NCBI RefSeq assembly: GCF_000143415.4
Contig: NW_003314416.1
Coordinates: 67,332 to 131,331 of the forward strand
Direction of reading: 5' to 3'
Length of the DNA stretch: 64,000 bases
DNA from: Selaginella moellendorffii
Lineage: Eukaryota > Plantae > Lycopodiophyta
Under the pieces are notes generated by a model. It ran no database searches and had not been told where the DNA came from. It saw only the letters and a list, made by a program, of their open reading frames with translations. Positions 32,273 through 45,730 of the stretch are shown here, in pieces; position 1 is the stretch's first letter, and the number at the start of each line of letters is the position of its first letter. Both the position numbers and the translations under genes were made by a program.

Positions 32273-33100
32273 TGTTGGGGCCTTGTTCTTGGACGAGAAT
32301 GTGACACCATCGCCAACAATATCATGTAAAGCGCATCCCTGGATCGAGAAATTCCCGCTGCCGGGCCTTAGATCCTACATTCCAGGCCGAGCCGCCGTGG
32401 CGAGATCATCGCCCCACGCCCTACAGCGCTCCTAATCTCCCGAGAGCTCACCCGGCGCGCGCCGCTGCTAAACCCCAGATTTCTCCTGCTAGCTAAGAAA
32501 CCGGCGAGATCTTGGAATCCGGGAGCTGCTCCAAATCTGTGGCGCGGCGCGCGTCCCTCGGATCTTCGCTGCGACGGCCCCGCCCGCGGCCAAATACCAT
32601 CGCCTTCTTCTTTCTCGCTCTTGGGAAAGAAGAGAAAACAATACAAATGAGAACAAGCATAGAATACACAAAATAACGCGGATCCAATTAACGTTGACAA
32701 CCGGGGGTTAAGTATTTTAACGGAGCTACGGCTCCTGGGAGATGCGCGGGATATTCCACGTAGTTCGACAAAAGTGCTGTTGGAAGGAAGCGTCAGGAAT
32801 TTCTTTTGGGAGGAAAGAATTCTGGGGAAGTGGCCACCATGACTGACTGGACGCTCAAACAAGTCCATCCGTTCGCCCATTCGTTCGCATGGATGAATGA
32901 GTGAGGGCACGATCAATCACTAAAAATGTTTGTCACGCTCACCCGCCGACGTCGATCGTGGATCGAATCACACAAGATCAGCCATTTGTGGGTGGAATAA
33001 TCCATACTTCTTGTTGTTTCAGATCACTCACTACCATAAACAAGAGCTTTTCCTTGATGCTTGCTATAGCTGAAGTTATTCTAATCGAGACTGCTACTAT

Positions 33101-34671
33101 TCATCCGCTGCTCTCCATGAGGTGTTCTTGTTGGACTCCTCCATGGTTTCCAGGATCCGGGACTTCTTCGTCAGCAACACTGGACGTGGCGGCGGTGGTG
33201 GCGGTGCTGCTCTCCTCCGCCTCCACAGTTTGCGAGGTGGTCTCCAACTCCTCCACCACCTCGTCCTCTTCACTCACTTGTTGCTCGCTCACAGTCTCAT
33301 CAACCTGGGAAGCAGGAAGAGGAGGCGGCGCTGCTTGGACTGGGAGGAGCTGAGGATACTGGCGCGGCGGTGGCGGCGGTGGCGGTGGTGGGAACTGAAA
33401 GTGTGGAGGTTGCTGCTGAAACTGGACATGGTGAGGAGGAGGAGGAGGATGTCCAAATCCGGGAGGTGGCGGTGGTGGCGGCGGCGGGGAGAAGAATGGA
33501 GGAGGATAGAATGCTCCGGGAGCCTGTTGTAACTGGTAGTGCTGTACTGGACGAGTATAGTCGAAGCTCCCATCCGGCCGAGCAGCCATGGTCATCTTTG
33601 CATCGCCAGCCAAAGGTGGCCGAGATCCAAAGCTCAAGGCATGAGAAGGCGGCGGCGGTGGTGGGAGAGCCCAAGGCGATGGCGGAGGCGGTCCTCTTTT
33701 CTTCATGGCTTCCCGCATCTCCAAGTAGACGGCGTCCATTTGCTGGCAGTCTCCAAGCTGGCTGAGGCTCTCAATCACGAGCTTGTAAGTCGGGATGGCG
33801 ATGGCGAGCTCCGACGCTTTCATCGCCCTGTGGATCTGCGAGACATCCTCGGCCAGCCCCCGCTTGTGGCACGCATCCACCAAGCTCGCAAAGTGGTACG
33901 AAGCCTCTTGCTTTTGCTGTGGAGAAGGCGACGAGTGGTGCCTCTCGTGGCCCCCCGAGGACCTCGCCACCATAGCTCGCCTCATCTCCGCGTACACGGC
34001 ATCCATTCGCTCGATGTCGTTGTGCTGGCTGTAGATGCCGAAGAGAGCCATGTAGGCCGGGAGTCCAACGACGACCTCCGCTGCTTTCATGGCTTTGATG
34101 AGCGTGTCCATCTCGTGGAGCAAACCTCGCTTGTGGAACGAGGCGATGAGAGCGTCACAGATGGTGGAAGCCTCCGCGGGATGCTGCGGTGAAGGCGGTG
34201 GTGGTGGTGGTGCTCGATTCATGGAAACGCTCTCCTACAAGTAGAGAAGCTTTTGTGAGATCTTGGAAAGAATCTATCTTGGAATAGCTGGAGTACCTGG
34301 TGCTGCGGAGGAGCGATCGATGCGTAGTGAGGAGGCGGCGCCAATCCACTTCCGCGATCACCGAGCTCGATGCTTCCGGGCCAGGGAATACTCGGCCTAG
34401 GAGGAGGCGGCGGCGGCGGTGCTCCAAATCCAAGCGGAGGAGGTCGATGAGTTGGCGGCGGCGGTGGCGGTGGTGGCGGAGGAGGAGGCGCAGCATAGCC
34501 GATGCTAGGCGAGGGCCGCGTCGCGCTACTCGTGGTGTTTGAATCCACATTGTCCCAGGGAGAGGGAGCGTACCTTAGCCATGGCTGCGAGGAGCAAAAC
34601 CTACACCATCCCAGGGGCAGCGATGGCGCGAGCTTCCTCCCAAGAGCTTGCGCGCCCAAGAGCTGCCTCAT
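33101..34671 (-). CDS. Proline-rich protein (~502 aa) with two PPR-doublet modules; intron 34235-34296
   Basis: A phase-0 GT-AG intron joins ORF 34219-34671 to ORF 33101-34222; transit-like N-terminus, poly-Pro tracts, acidic tail. Confidence 0.75.
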
Positions 34672-34763
34672 CCCTCGCCAAATTGTCTCGCGACCTAAAA
34701 CCCATCTTCTCTAGGACTTCATTCTCTTTGTATCGATCGTGATTCGTGAATGAGTGGAATCCA

Positions 34764-36611
34764 ATGCGCTGTGCCTCTCTCAGGCACAAGGCAGCCAAGA
34801 ACACGAGAACGCTCTGCCATGACGCCGCCGCTATCGCCACCGATGCGAGCTACTGGGCTCCGCTCATCCAGTCGTGCTGCACTGCGCGGGATTTGCCCCG
34901 GGCCAGGCACATCCACGCGCAGATCATGCTCTCGGATCTCAAGAACAACCGGATGCTGGCCAATCTCCTGGTGGAGATGTACGGCAAGTGCGGCTGGATG
35001 GCGGCGGCCAGGGCCGTGTTTCGCTGCATCAAGAACCCCAACGTTTACTCGTGGAACATTCTCATCTCCGCGCTCGCGCTCAACCGGGAGGTCGCCGAGG
35101 CAGCCTTGATGTTCCACCAGATGCCCTCGAGGAACAATGTCTCGTGGAACGCCTTGCTTGCAGCATATGCCGCAAGCGGGAATTTGCAAGATGCCCGAGT
35201 TGCCTTTCTCAAGCAGCCATGGCGTGACGTCTTGACATGGACGACGCTTCTCACAGTCTTGTGCCAGTGCGGCTACCTTTCCGAGGCTCATTTCTTGTTC
35301 GAGAAGATGCCGGAGAGGAACGTCGTAACTTGGAACGCGATCGTCGCAGCATATTCCCAGAACGGGCATGTTGATGAGGCAGAGCTCTTGTTCCATCGGA
35401 TGCCGCAGCACGACACCAGGTCGTGGAACTCTCTTCTGATCGCTCATGGTGAATCTGGCCGCATCCACCAAGCCCGGAACATCTTCTCCCGAGTCCAGCA
35501 GCCGGATCACGTCTCCTGGACGTCGATGATCGAGGCTTACGTCGCAAACGCGTACCTCGAGGAGGCCAAGGCGCTGTTCGACAGAATGCCGGAGCAGGAC
35601 GTGGTTTCATGCACAGCGCTCATCACTTCCTTCGCGCAGAGAGGCTATCCTCACCAGTGCAAGCTTCTGTTTGATGGAATGCCCTTCCGGGATGCCGTGT
35701 CCTGGACAGCGCTCATGTCCGGCTATGCACAGAACGGCCTCATGGAAGACGCGCAGGAGGTAAACTCGCGAAATCCACAACACAGCATGATCGGTTGCAA
35801 CGCAATGGTGGCGGGTTTCAGCCAGCGAGGAGACTTGGCGCAAGCAAAAGCAGTTTTTGATGCAATGCCCGAGAGAGGAACCGTGTCCTGGAACGCTCTC
35901 ATGGTTTCGTATACAATGACAAGCGCAAACAACCAGCACTACCGCGATCGAATGGAACAAGCGCTTGCAATCTTTGGCTTGATGCCGGAGCAGGATATGG
36001 TGGCGTGGACCGCGATCCTTGCAGCGTATGCTCAATCCGGGCATGTCGATCAAGCGAAGTTTTTCTTCCAGAGAATGCCCGCGCAGGATCTCACGGCGTG
36101 GAATGTGATAATCGCGGCTTATGCTCACAACAGCAGTGGCTATGGAGCCCAAGTTTTCCGAGAGATGAGCCTGGCAGGAGTGAGACCTAACGAGACCACT
36201 TTCGTCGTCACGCTCACGGGTCTCAGCCACGCTGGTCTGCTCAAACACGGCCGGGAGTGCTTCCTCTCCATGACTGAAAACTTCCAAGTTGCTCCCACCG
36301 AGTTCCACTACGCCTGCATCATCGATCTCCTGGGCCGAGCCAAGCTGCTCCAGGAAGCCGAGGAGCTCATCGACAACATGCCTTACAAGCCCGACTGTGT
36401 CGTGTGGACGATCTTGCTGGCAGCCTGTCGGATCCACGGGGACTCCAAGCTCGGGGCCCGAGCCGCACGGAACGTTCTCAAGTCGGACACGGTGAGCTCC
36501 TCGACTTATGTGCTGCTGTCCAATACTTACAAAGGTATCACCGGACACGGACATGGCTCCGAGTGGCAGCCGCTTGGAGCATCACAGGCTGCTGCCGCTT
36601 GCCTTGCCTAG
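34764..36611 (+). CDS. PLS-class PPR protein dominated by 31-aa SS-type repeats, E1-like end, no DYW
   Basis: Tandem F..MP....SW repeats; [31 protein letters not shown]. Confidence 0.92.
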   Translation: MRCASLRHKAAKNTRTLCHDAAAIATDASYWAPLIQSCCTARDLPRARHIHAQIMLSDLKNNRMLANLLVEMYGKCGWMAAARAVFRCIKNPNVYSWNILISALALNREVAEAALMFHQMPSRNNVSWNALLAAYAASGNLQDARVAFLKQPWRDVLTWTTLLTVLCQCGYLSEAHFLFEKMPERNVVTWNAIVAAYSQNGHVDEAELLFHRMPQHDTRSWNSLLIAHGESGRIHQARNIFSRVQQPDHVSWTSMIEAYVANAYLEEAKALFDRMPEQDVVSCTALITSFAQRGYPHQCKLLFDGMPFRDAVSWTALMSGYAQNGLMEDAQEVNSRNPQHSMIGCNAMVAGFSQRGDLAQAKAVFDAMPERGTVSWNALMVSYTMTSANNQHYRDRMEQALAIFGLMPEQDMVAWTAILAAYAQSGHVDQAKFFFQRMPAQDLTAWNVIIAAYAHNSSGYGAQVFREMSLAGVRPNETTFVVTLTGLSHAGLLKHGRECFLSMTENFQVAPTEFHYACIIDLLGRAKLLQEAEELIDNMPYKPDCVVWTILLAACRIHGDSKLGARAARNVLKSDTVSSSTYVLLSNTYKGITGHGHGSEWQPLGASQAAAACLA

Positions 36612-38740
36612 GCCCGGAATGTGGAGGCTGCTCCAAACTTTCGCTTCGTCTCGTCATCATCGGAACCGCTACTGTCGTCTTGAGGAGCCACCGGCTTGTG
36701 ACGAAGGCCGTGCTCCACCCCATGCCTGGTGAAGGAGATTACGTGCTGGTACTCGTCCTTGGCCTCGGCAATGCAGCCTTCCTTTGCCAGCATCACGGCC
36801 TGGCCGTGGTGCGAGATTTCAATCTCCGTGGGGTTTCCGTGGTGGGATTCCGGCAGGGGTTGTTTCCACGGCTCGCCATCCATTCGCATGTAAGTGTGGC
36901 TGCTCGTGGAGCCAGCCTGAAAGACTATCTTCACCCGGTTGGCCTGTGGGACACGCAAAGGTGGTGAGACGAAGGAGATCAATATAAATACCTGTGCGAG
37001 ACGTGTCCCGTGCCCGTGTGGAAACAGAAGGAAGAGGCCATGCCAGGCGTCCCTGAATCCCACAATCTCTAGCAGGCCATCGTCGACCCTTGGAACTGTC
37101 AGACCCCGCTCGTGGGATAACTTGTCGTCCGGATTTCCCCAGGGATCCAAGCCTCCAGAAAAGCTCGGCAAGTTCAGCAGCACAAGCGCTCGTATGCTGT
37201 CATGAAATGCGGTAGCATTAGCCTCGAGAATTTTGAAGTTCCAGCGTTTCAAACCTTGACGAGATCTTTAACTCCGTCCACTTTCCTTTATCGAGCACGT
37301 ATACAGTTGCAAGGTCGTTAATGTTCCTGCAAAAAGCCAACCATTGATTGGTTCAGCGACTAGGAAAAAATGTATCAACTACGAACTTTGATGAAGCACG
37401 GCGCCTACAAGAAGGGCAGAACCAGCCTTGCGTACAGCCAAGTTTTGCATACGTGCACTGCAAAAATCGTGTTAACTACTTAAAAGCTTACATTAGAGGA
37501 CACTTACTTGATTTCGCATCTGGTTACTGAACTTTTCAGGGTGCTTCTGCCTCTGCTCATGAAATTCGTAAGAAACCTGTGCATCCATTCCTGCAAAGAA
37601 AAAGTAAAAATGATTATAAGCACTGGAGCGGTACTGCACCTCACCTATGCTGAAATAATTCCAGAATCCTCCTCGATAGATCTGCAGCTTTTCCTGCGAC
37701 CATGCACAACTCAGCTCATAAGTGCCTCTCTCACAAAATTCGTTTTCTTACGCGGCTCTCTTCACTTTTCTTGAAGACGTGTAACGAATGTGGAGCCTCG
37801 AGACCAAGATCAGTTGTTCCCTCCATTTTCATCGCTAGATGCCAGCTGCAGAGACAAGAAAACCAGCATTGTAAGTTGAGTATGCAACAAAAGCATAGCC
37901 AGTCACTGAGACATCCCAACACTATTCGCTTCAAGGAGGTAAAATTTACCGAAATGCGCGTTTTTTCTCTGTTTTTCCAGACAATTACTTCCAGGCACTT
38001 TTTTTTACCTGTCGACTTGCAAAGGATGGGCGTCCATGACATCTGCTAGAAACCGTTTGACAGACTCGGCATCTGTTCCAGGATTCTTCTTTCCCTGCTC
38101 GCACAAGAAAAAGAACCAGTTTTCATTGGAAAAGAACATCCAAAACACGTACCCATCCGAAAGAAAACGGGAGATTGTTGCCGGTTCCAAGAGGAATAGT
38201 TGCAATAGGAATTGGCTTCTCGAGCCTCAAGTCTCCCATAATTCCAAGTAACCAGCCGGCGGTACCATCGCCTCCAGCAACCTGTAGGTACATCAAATCA
38301 AATTCTCCACGAGAGGGCAGTAGCCGAGACTCACCACAAGCCGCAACCGCTCGCGAATTTCTCCGGCAACTTCATCTCCTGCCTCTGTTAAATCTTTCAA
38401 GCGCTTGAGTATCCGATCTAGAACCTTGTCCGGAGCTTCCTCGCTCAGATCAAACAACTGAAGAAGAGAAGCAAGATTTTAGAGAAGAAACCAAGTGGTC
38501 CTGAACTTAAGGTACCTGGCGTGAATCCAGGAGCGTCTTGCAAGTCTGGAGGAGAACTTTGCCAAGCTGCCCACCACTTTTGGTGTTGATAAAGACGAGC
38601 ACCGGACACTTTGGAATGTGGAAGCCATCTGAAGCCGAATGCCCCCTCCCATCTCCCGTCCACACAAACTCGGGAATCTTTAAGTCCTCCAGATCCAGCG
38701 ACTCACTGTTTTGCCTTCTCTTGTCGAGGTGCTTCTTCAT
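36608..38740 (-). CDS. Diacylglycerol kinase, DGK5-like; multi-exon
   Basis: [60 protein letters not shown]. Confidence 0.9.
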
Positions 38741-38923
38741 CTTGATCTTGATCACACCCCGTCTGATCTGAAAATTCTGCTGCCTGCCAACCGTGTCCAA
38801 CAAAGAGTTGGAGATGAGATAAAGCCGGACAGGACCGACTTCTTCTTCTCGTCACCGAAGCGTGATATCAGGAAAAACCTGCCCTCGTTCCTACCTATAG
38901 CCTAAAACGCGGAGCTCTTTTTT

Positions 38924-40175
38924 TCAGCTGCGAAGGCCAAGTCCCTTCCTGGTCTTCCCAACGAACAAGTCCCGGCTCTTGACAAGGCCAGGGATCCAGC
39001 CAACAAAAGTTCCAAAGGGAAGTTGAGCTACTCCTGCGTGACGCCCCAGAGAAACCAGTCCCATTGCCCGTTCCAGCGGACAGTAGCACCTTAAGTCGCC
39101 GCAATCAGCGTCATTGGTCAGCTTTCGGATGTTTGCGGCGACGACCTTGGCGTGCTTCTCGGCGAGAAATCCTTGCTTAATCTCCTGTAAAGATGTTTAG
39201 AGTAGAAGAAGAGATGCTAGATATAGGTTCCTACCTTCAGGTCGGTGATGTCTCCACACGCAAACACGTTCCGCGTTCCACTCACGAGTAGCGCCGAGTC
39301 GACCCGTAACCTTCCATTGCCGTCGAGGGAGTCCTCCAGGAAGGTGCCCTTGAGCCAGGAGCTGCTGGGCCTGGAACCCGTGCACACAAAGTGTGTGTCC
39401 GCTGGGATTTGCTTCCCGGACTCTGTGGTAAAGATTGGTGGCGAGGCCGAGCTTGTGATTCGCTCCTTCAGAAGAACCCGGACAGACTTGGACGTCAACC
39501 AGTTGAGAGCCTTGGTGGAAGCCGAGGGGCCGAGGAACTCGATGAGCCGAGGACCGCCTTGTACCAAAGATACGCTTTTCTCGGGAAAGTCCGTGACAAT
39601 CTCTCCAGCAAGTTCCACGCCGACGGGACCTCCACCAACGACGAGAATCGAACTTGCTCCCTTCAGCCTCTCATGGTCTGTTGTTCATGGAACCAAAACG
39701 TGAGTGAGAAAACAAAACGAGGAAAAAGGCTTTGAAGTTACAAACCAGCCAAGATTTCTTGAATGCGGTCTCGTCTAGTGGGTGCACCCTTGGCATGCGA
39801 TCCGGTGCTGATGACCAAAAAGTCGTAAGGGAGTTTTCGGCCGGTGCTAGTCGAGACCTGAGCAGGAGAACTGCTCACACTCACGGCCGCGCTTTGGACG
39901 AGCTCCACTTGCGTCAGAAACTCCGAGTATGGAACGATGGATCGCTCCGCGAATGAAGGCTCGACTGTGTTTCGGAGAGCACCGTAAGGTATCTCCAAGT
40001 AATCCTTCCTGCCAATATCATCACATCACTTTGTCAAGACAAACAAGAGAAGAAAACGAGAGACTTACGGATCGATCAGCGAAACCGAGGCCTCCGATTC
40101 AAGAGCTTTTGCCACATGCACCCCGGCAATGCCACCTCCCACCACCACAACACGCTGCTTCCTCCTCTTGTCCAT
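38924..40175 (-). CDS. AIFM2/FSP1-like FAD/NAD(P)H oxidoreductase; multi-exon
   Basis: RVVVVGGGIAG, YDFLVISTGS, VVGGGPVGVELAGEI, VFACGDITD, VSLGR, KSRDLFV. Confidence 0.88.
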
Positions 40176-40261
40176 TTCTACAGTATCTATCTAGGATCAA
40201 AAAATTTCTCCCTGTCTACGTTTCGAATCTTCGATCAACACGTAACTAGCTAGCTGAAATT

Positions 40262-40495
40262 CTAGCTAGCTAGCTGCCTCTCTACCTCTTTGCAAGCATC
40301 CTTCAGCGTGGCGACCAGATCCTGGAGCTCCTCAACCCCACACACGAAGTGAATCGCAATTGGAGGCTGCGATCCAGATGCAGCTTCCAGGCTCACATTG
40401 TAGAACACGTCCTTGGCGGCGCTACCATTGCTCCGCTCCACACACAAATCGCGCCCCCATTCCACTCCCACAATCCTTGGAACGCCCCCGTCCAT
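40262..40495 (-). CDS. Stand-alone COMM-domain microprotein, COMMD3-like (77 aa)
   Basis: PRIVGVEW...FYNVSL...IHFVCGVEELQDLVATLKDACKEVER follows the COMM pattern as I recall it for COMMD3 (P.I..V.W..Y.V.L..I.F.C..E.LQDLV..LKDA.K..ER). Confidence 0.75.
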   Translation of the reverse strand: MDGGVPRIVGVEWGRDLCVERSNGSAAKDVFYNVSLEAASGSQPPIAIHFVCGVEELQDLVATLKDACKEVERQLAS

Positions 40496-40599
40496 TCCCA
40501 AGAACCCTAAAAGTAGATCAATGGCAAAATGGAGTTCTTTTATTGGTCATGGACAACGTTCCTCGTATTTAAAAAAGTATCGATGGAGGAGTGAGAAGC

Positions 40600-43001
<2,402 letters not shown>

Positions 43002-43590
43002 AAGCGAGCAAGAGCAAGCAAGCCGGATCGGGCATCTACACTACCACCACCACCACCACCACCATCCCCCATCTTGGTCAGTTCTTCTCGGTTCTTATTT
43101 ATGCGATCTCATTCGTGTTCCAGGGTTCCTTTCGCTTCCTTCCCTCTCCATTCTCAAGTGAGTGAGTTACACTGACCCGATCTAGTGAAATCAAAACCCA
43201 TCTTTGTCTATAAACTTCACATCTATCCTGAGAAAACAACAAGCGAAAAGCTTGTAGTCTCCCGAATTTCGAGTGGCAAGAAGAAACTTTGGCTTTTGGT
43301 AGATTTTGGAGGGCGATGTCAAGGGACATGGATGCACGATCACAAAAAAGAAAACAAAAACAGCCACCAGATGAAATGTTCCGCGCATATTCCTTCTTTG
43401 TGGTGGGAAGCCTCAAATTTGGTGGGGTTTTTTTTCTTGTGGGGTCTCACTTCCTTCTTGGAATGGCTAGGGCGGGGCGGGCGATCTATGGCGCTGTATA
43501 GCCACCACAGGTATGGGCATGGCTATTTAGGCAAGGGTCCAAGTAGTTCCACCGCCGCCGCCCGCTGCTTTCCCAAGATCCAAGAAAGGA

Positions 43591-45216
43591 ATGGGGTGCT
43601 CGTCATCCAAGAATGTGGATGTCTACCATGGCAGCAAAGCGCATCCTCTTGCTCGATCTCCCGTTGACGATGCGCACCTCGTCGCCCTCACATCTAGCAC
43701 GTATGGATTCTTGCGGGTGGATTCGCACAAGAAATCTTCGTCCGAGGAAGCAGCGGCTGTGGCGGACGATCCGGTGAACGAGGTGTATCAGAAGATGATG
43801 AGCTTGGAGTCGGGGGGCTCACAGTTGCCGCAGTCGTGGTCGGAGGTGAACAGTGTTCTCACGCAGCTTAAGTCGCAGGCGCAGCACAAGAAAACCAGCG
43901 CCAGTGCACTTTCCGGGAGAGTCGAGCCCGAGACCGTGGATGTTTTGAAGCTGCTCCAGAGCGTGGAGGAGGCACCACCGAAAACTCCGAAAGCTCCAGC
44001 TCCACCAGCAGCGTCTCCGCCGTCGCAGCCCAAGCGAGAGTTTTCGGTGATCCACACTCTGGAAGAAGTCGACCAGCTCGCGTACTCCAACTCGGCTGCC
44101 TCTCAAGACAGCGACACCGAAAGCGAGGAGGATTTCTTCCGGCACAGCAGCATGCCAAACGGCCGGTCGAGCAACGGCGCGAATGCAACCAACAGGTTCT
44201 CGATGAGCTCGGTGGTGAGACGCCCCGATAGCAGGTCCAAGGTGCCGAGCAAGGCGTCGAGATCATTGTCGACGTATGGCGATGGTGGTGGTGGTGGCGA
44301 CGCTGGTCGACAAGTGGATAGTACGCTGTTTGATGCCGAGTTCCTCGAGTCATTCAGGGAGGCGTTCGAGCAGTTGTCGACAGGCGTTTCCGCTGCTGCT
44401 ACTGCCGCGGCGGGGAAGCAGGGACTTTCCCAGCCTCGGCCCAAGGTGGCAGTGGCGGCAAAGAGCAAGGCCATGGTCTCTTCCCAAGGAGCAAATCGCC
44501 AAGACAGGAGTAAGGTGGCGGCGCCGCCTGCAATGCCAGTATCAGATCGCGAAGAAGAAGAAGCCGAGCAACAAGCAACTCGTGGCCGCGGAGAGACAAG
44601 GACGGATTCGAAGGCTGGCACAGTGCAGAGCAAGGTGGCGGATTGGAACGAGAAGAACCAAGCGGCGGATCGAAGCTACAGCAGCAAAGCCCCTCCTCCT
44701 GCTCCACCAGCACCAGCAGCAGCTATGGAGATCGATTTGCTCCAACACTGTCCAAAGAGATGCCCCCCGGATGGCGAGAACAAGGCGGTGCTCTACTCCA
44801 CCAGCTTGCGGGGCATCCGCAAGACGTTCGAGGACTGCAACACGGTGAGGAACATCCTCCACAGCACCAACGTGGAGGTGGACGAGCGGGACGTGTCCAT
44901 GGACTCGCAGTTCCGGCAGGAGCTCAAGGATCTCATGGACAAGCCGGTGCCGGTGCCGCGGCTCTTCATCAAGGGGCGCTACATTGGCGGCGCCGAGGAG
45001 GTGGTGGCGGCGCACGAGAGCGGCGCGCTGGCCAGGATGCTCCACGGCCTGCCGCACGGCAACCTGAGCAAGGACTGCGATGGCTGCGGCGGCGTGCGAT
45101 TCATCCCCTGCACGGATTGCAGTGGCAGCTGCAAGAGCGTCGGCGCCGACGGAGGCGTCGTCAAGTGCCCGGAATGCAACGAGAATGGCTTGGTTCGCTG
45201 CCCGATATGCTCGTGA
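43591..45216 (+). CDS. Glutaredoxin-like protein with four C-terminal CxxC motifs
   Basis: MGCSSSK acylation motif; YSTSLRGIRKTFEDC, ERDVSMD, PRLFIKGRYIGG, CPECNENGLVRCPIC. Confidence 0.93.
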   Translation: MGCSSSKNVDVYHGSKAHPLARSPVDDAHLVALTSSTYGFLRVDSHKKSSSEEAAAVADDPVNEVYQKMMSLESGGSQLPQSWSEVNSVLTQLKSQAQHKKTSASALSGRVEPETVDVLKLLQSVEEAPPKTPKAPAPPAASPPSQPKREFSVIHTLEEVDQLAYSNSAASQDSDTESEEDFFRHSSMPNGRSSNGANATNRFSMSSVVRRPDSRSKVPSKASRSLSTYGDGGGGGDAGRQVDSTLFDAEFLESFREAFEQLSTGVSAAATAAAGKQGLSQPRPKVAVAAKSKAMVSSQGANRQDRSKVAAPPAMPVSDREEEEAEQQATRGRGETRTDSKAGTVQSKVADWNEKNQAADRSYSSKAPPPAPPAPAAAMEIDLLQHCPKRCPPDGENKAVLYSTSLRGIRKTFEDCNTVRNILHSTNVEVDERDVSMDSQFRQELKDLMDKPVPVPRLFIKGRYIGGAEEVVAAHESGALARMLHGLPHGNLSKDCDGCGGVRFIPCTDCSGSCKSVGADGGVVKCPECNENGLVRCPICS

Positions 45217-45632
45217 TCGTGATGGAGTGAGTATATATATAAGAGAGAGAGATGGGAAGTTTCTAGGGTTCTTAGCTAGGGCTCTCGGCCGCCTCTTTGT
45301 TAATCCCAGCCACGGCTTTGTTTCTCGCCGTGTCTGATTCATCAGAGGCGCATAGCAAACCAGATCTGCAAGTTTCGCTGACAGCACCCGAATCACCGCT
45401 GGGTGTCTATCTGATAGTAGCTTCGCAGACATTCACCTCAGTCACTGGCACTGGAATTTCTCGACTCTAGCGTACTAGAATCAATCAATCGATGTCCTTG
45501 TTGGCCTTGAATCCAATTAATACAAAAGAAAAGTTCTCGATTCGTTCTTGCTCCGAGCGCGCCAAGCGAATGAAGCGCGATGGAATGGCGGGCGGCGCAT
45601 TGGCTTCTCTTGAATGAGCGAGGCCGTCAAAT

Positions 45633-45692
45633 AGGGTTTAACGGGAAAAAACCAAAGTGGCGTGTGTGTGTTGGAGAAAACCCTAGGGTTTC
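45633..45692. promoter_or_regulatory. Telo-box motifs upstream of XPO1
   Basis: tagggttt (~45633) and palindromic aaaccctagggttt (~45678) within 100 bp of the ATG. Confidence 0.55.
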
Positions 45693-45730
45693 GCAATTTG
45701 ACGAGGGGGGCGATCGACGCGGTGGCGCTC

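Noticed and set aside
34719-36554. Minus-strand ORFs of 263 and 315 aa opposite the PPR gene
   Set aside because: Antisense to a repeat-structured CDS; no independent evidence.
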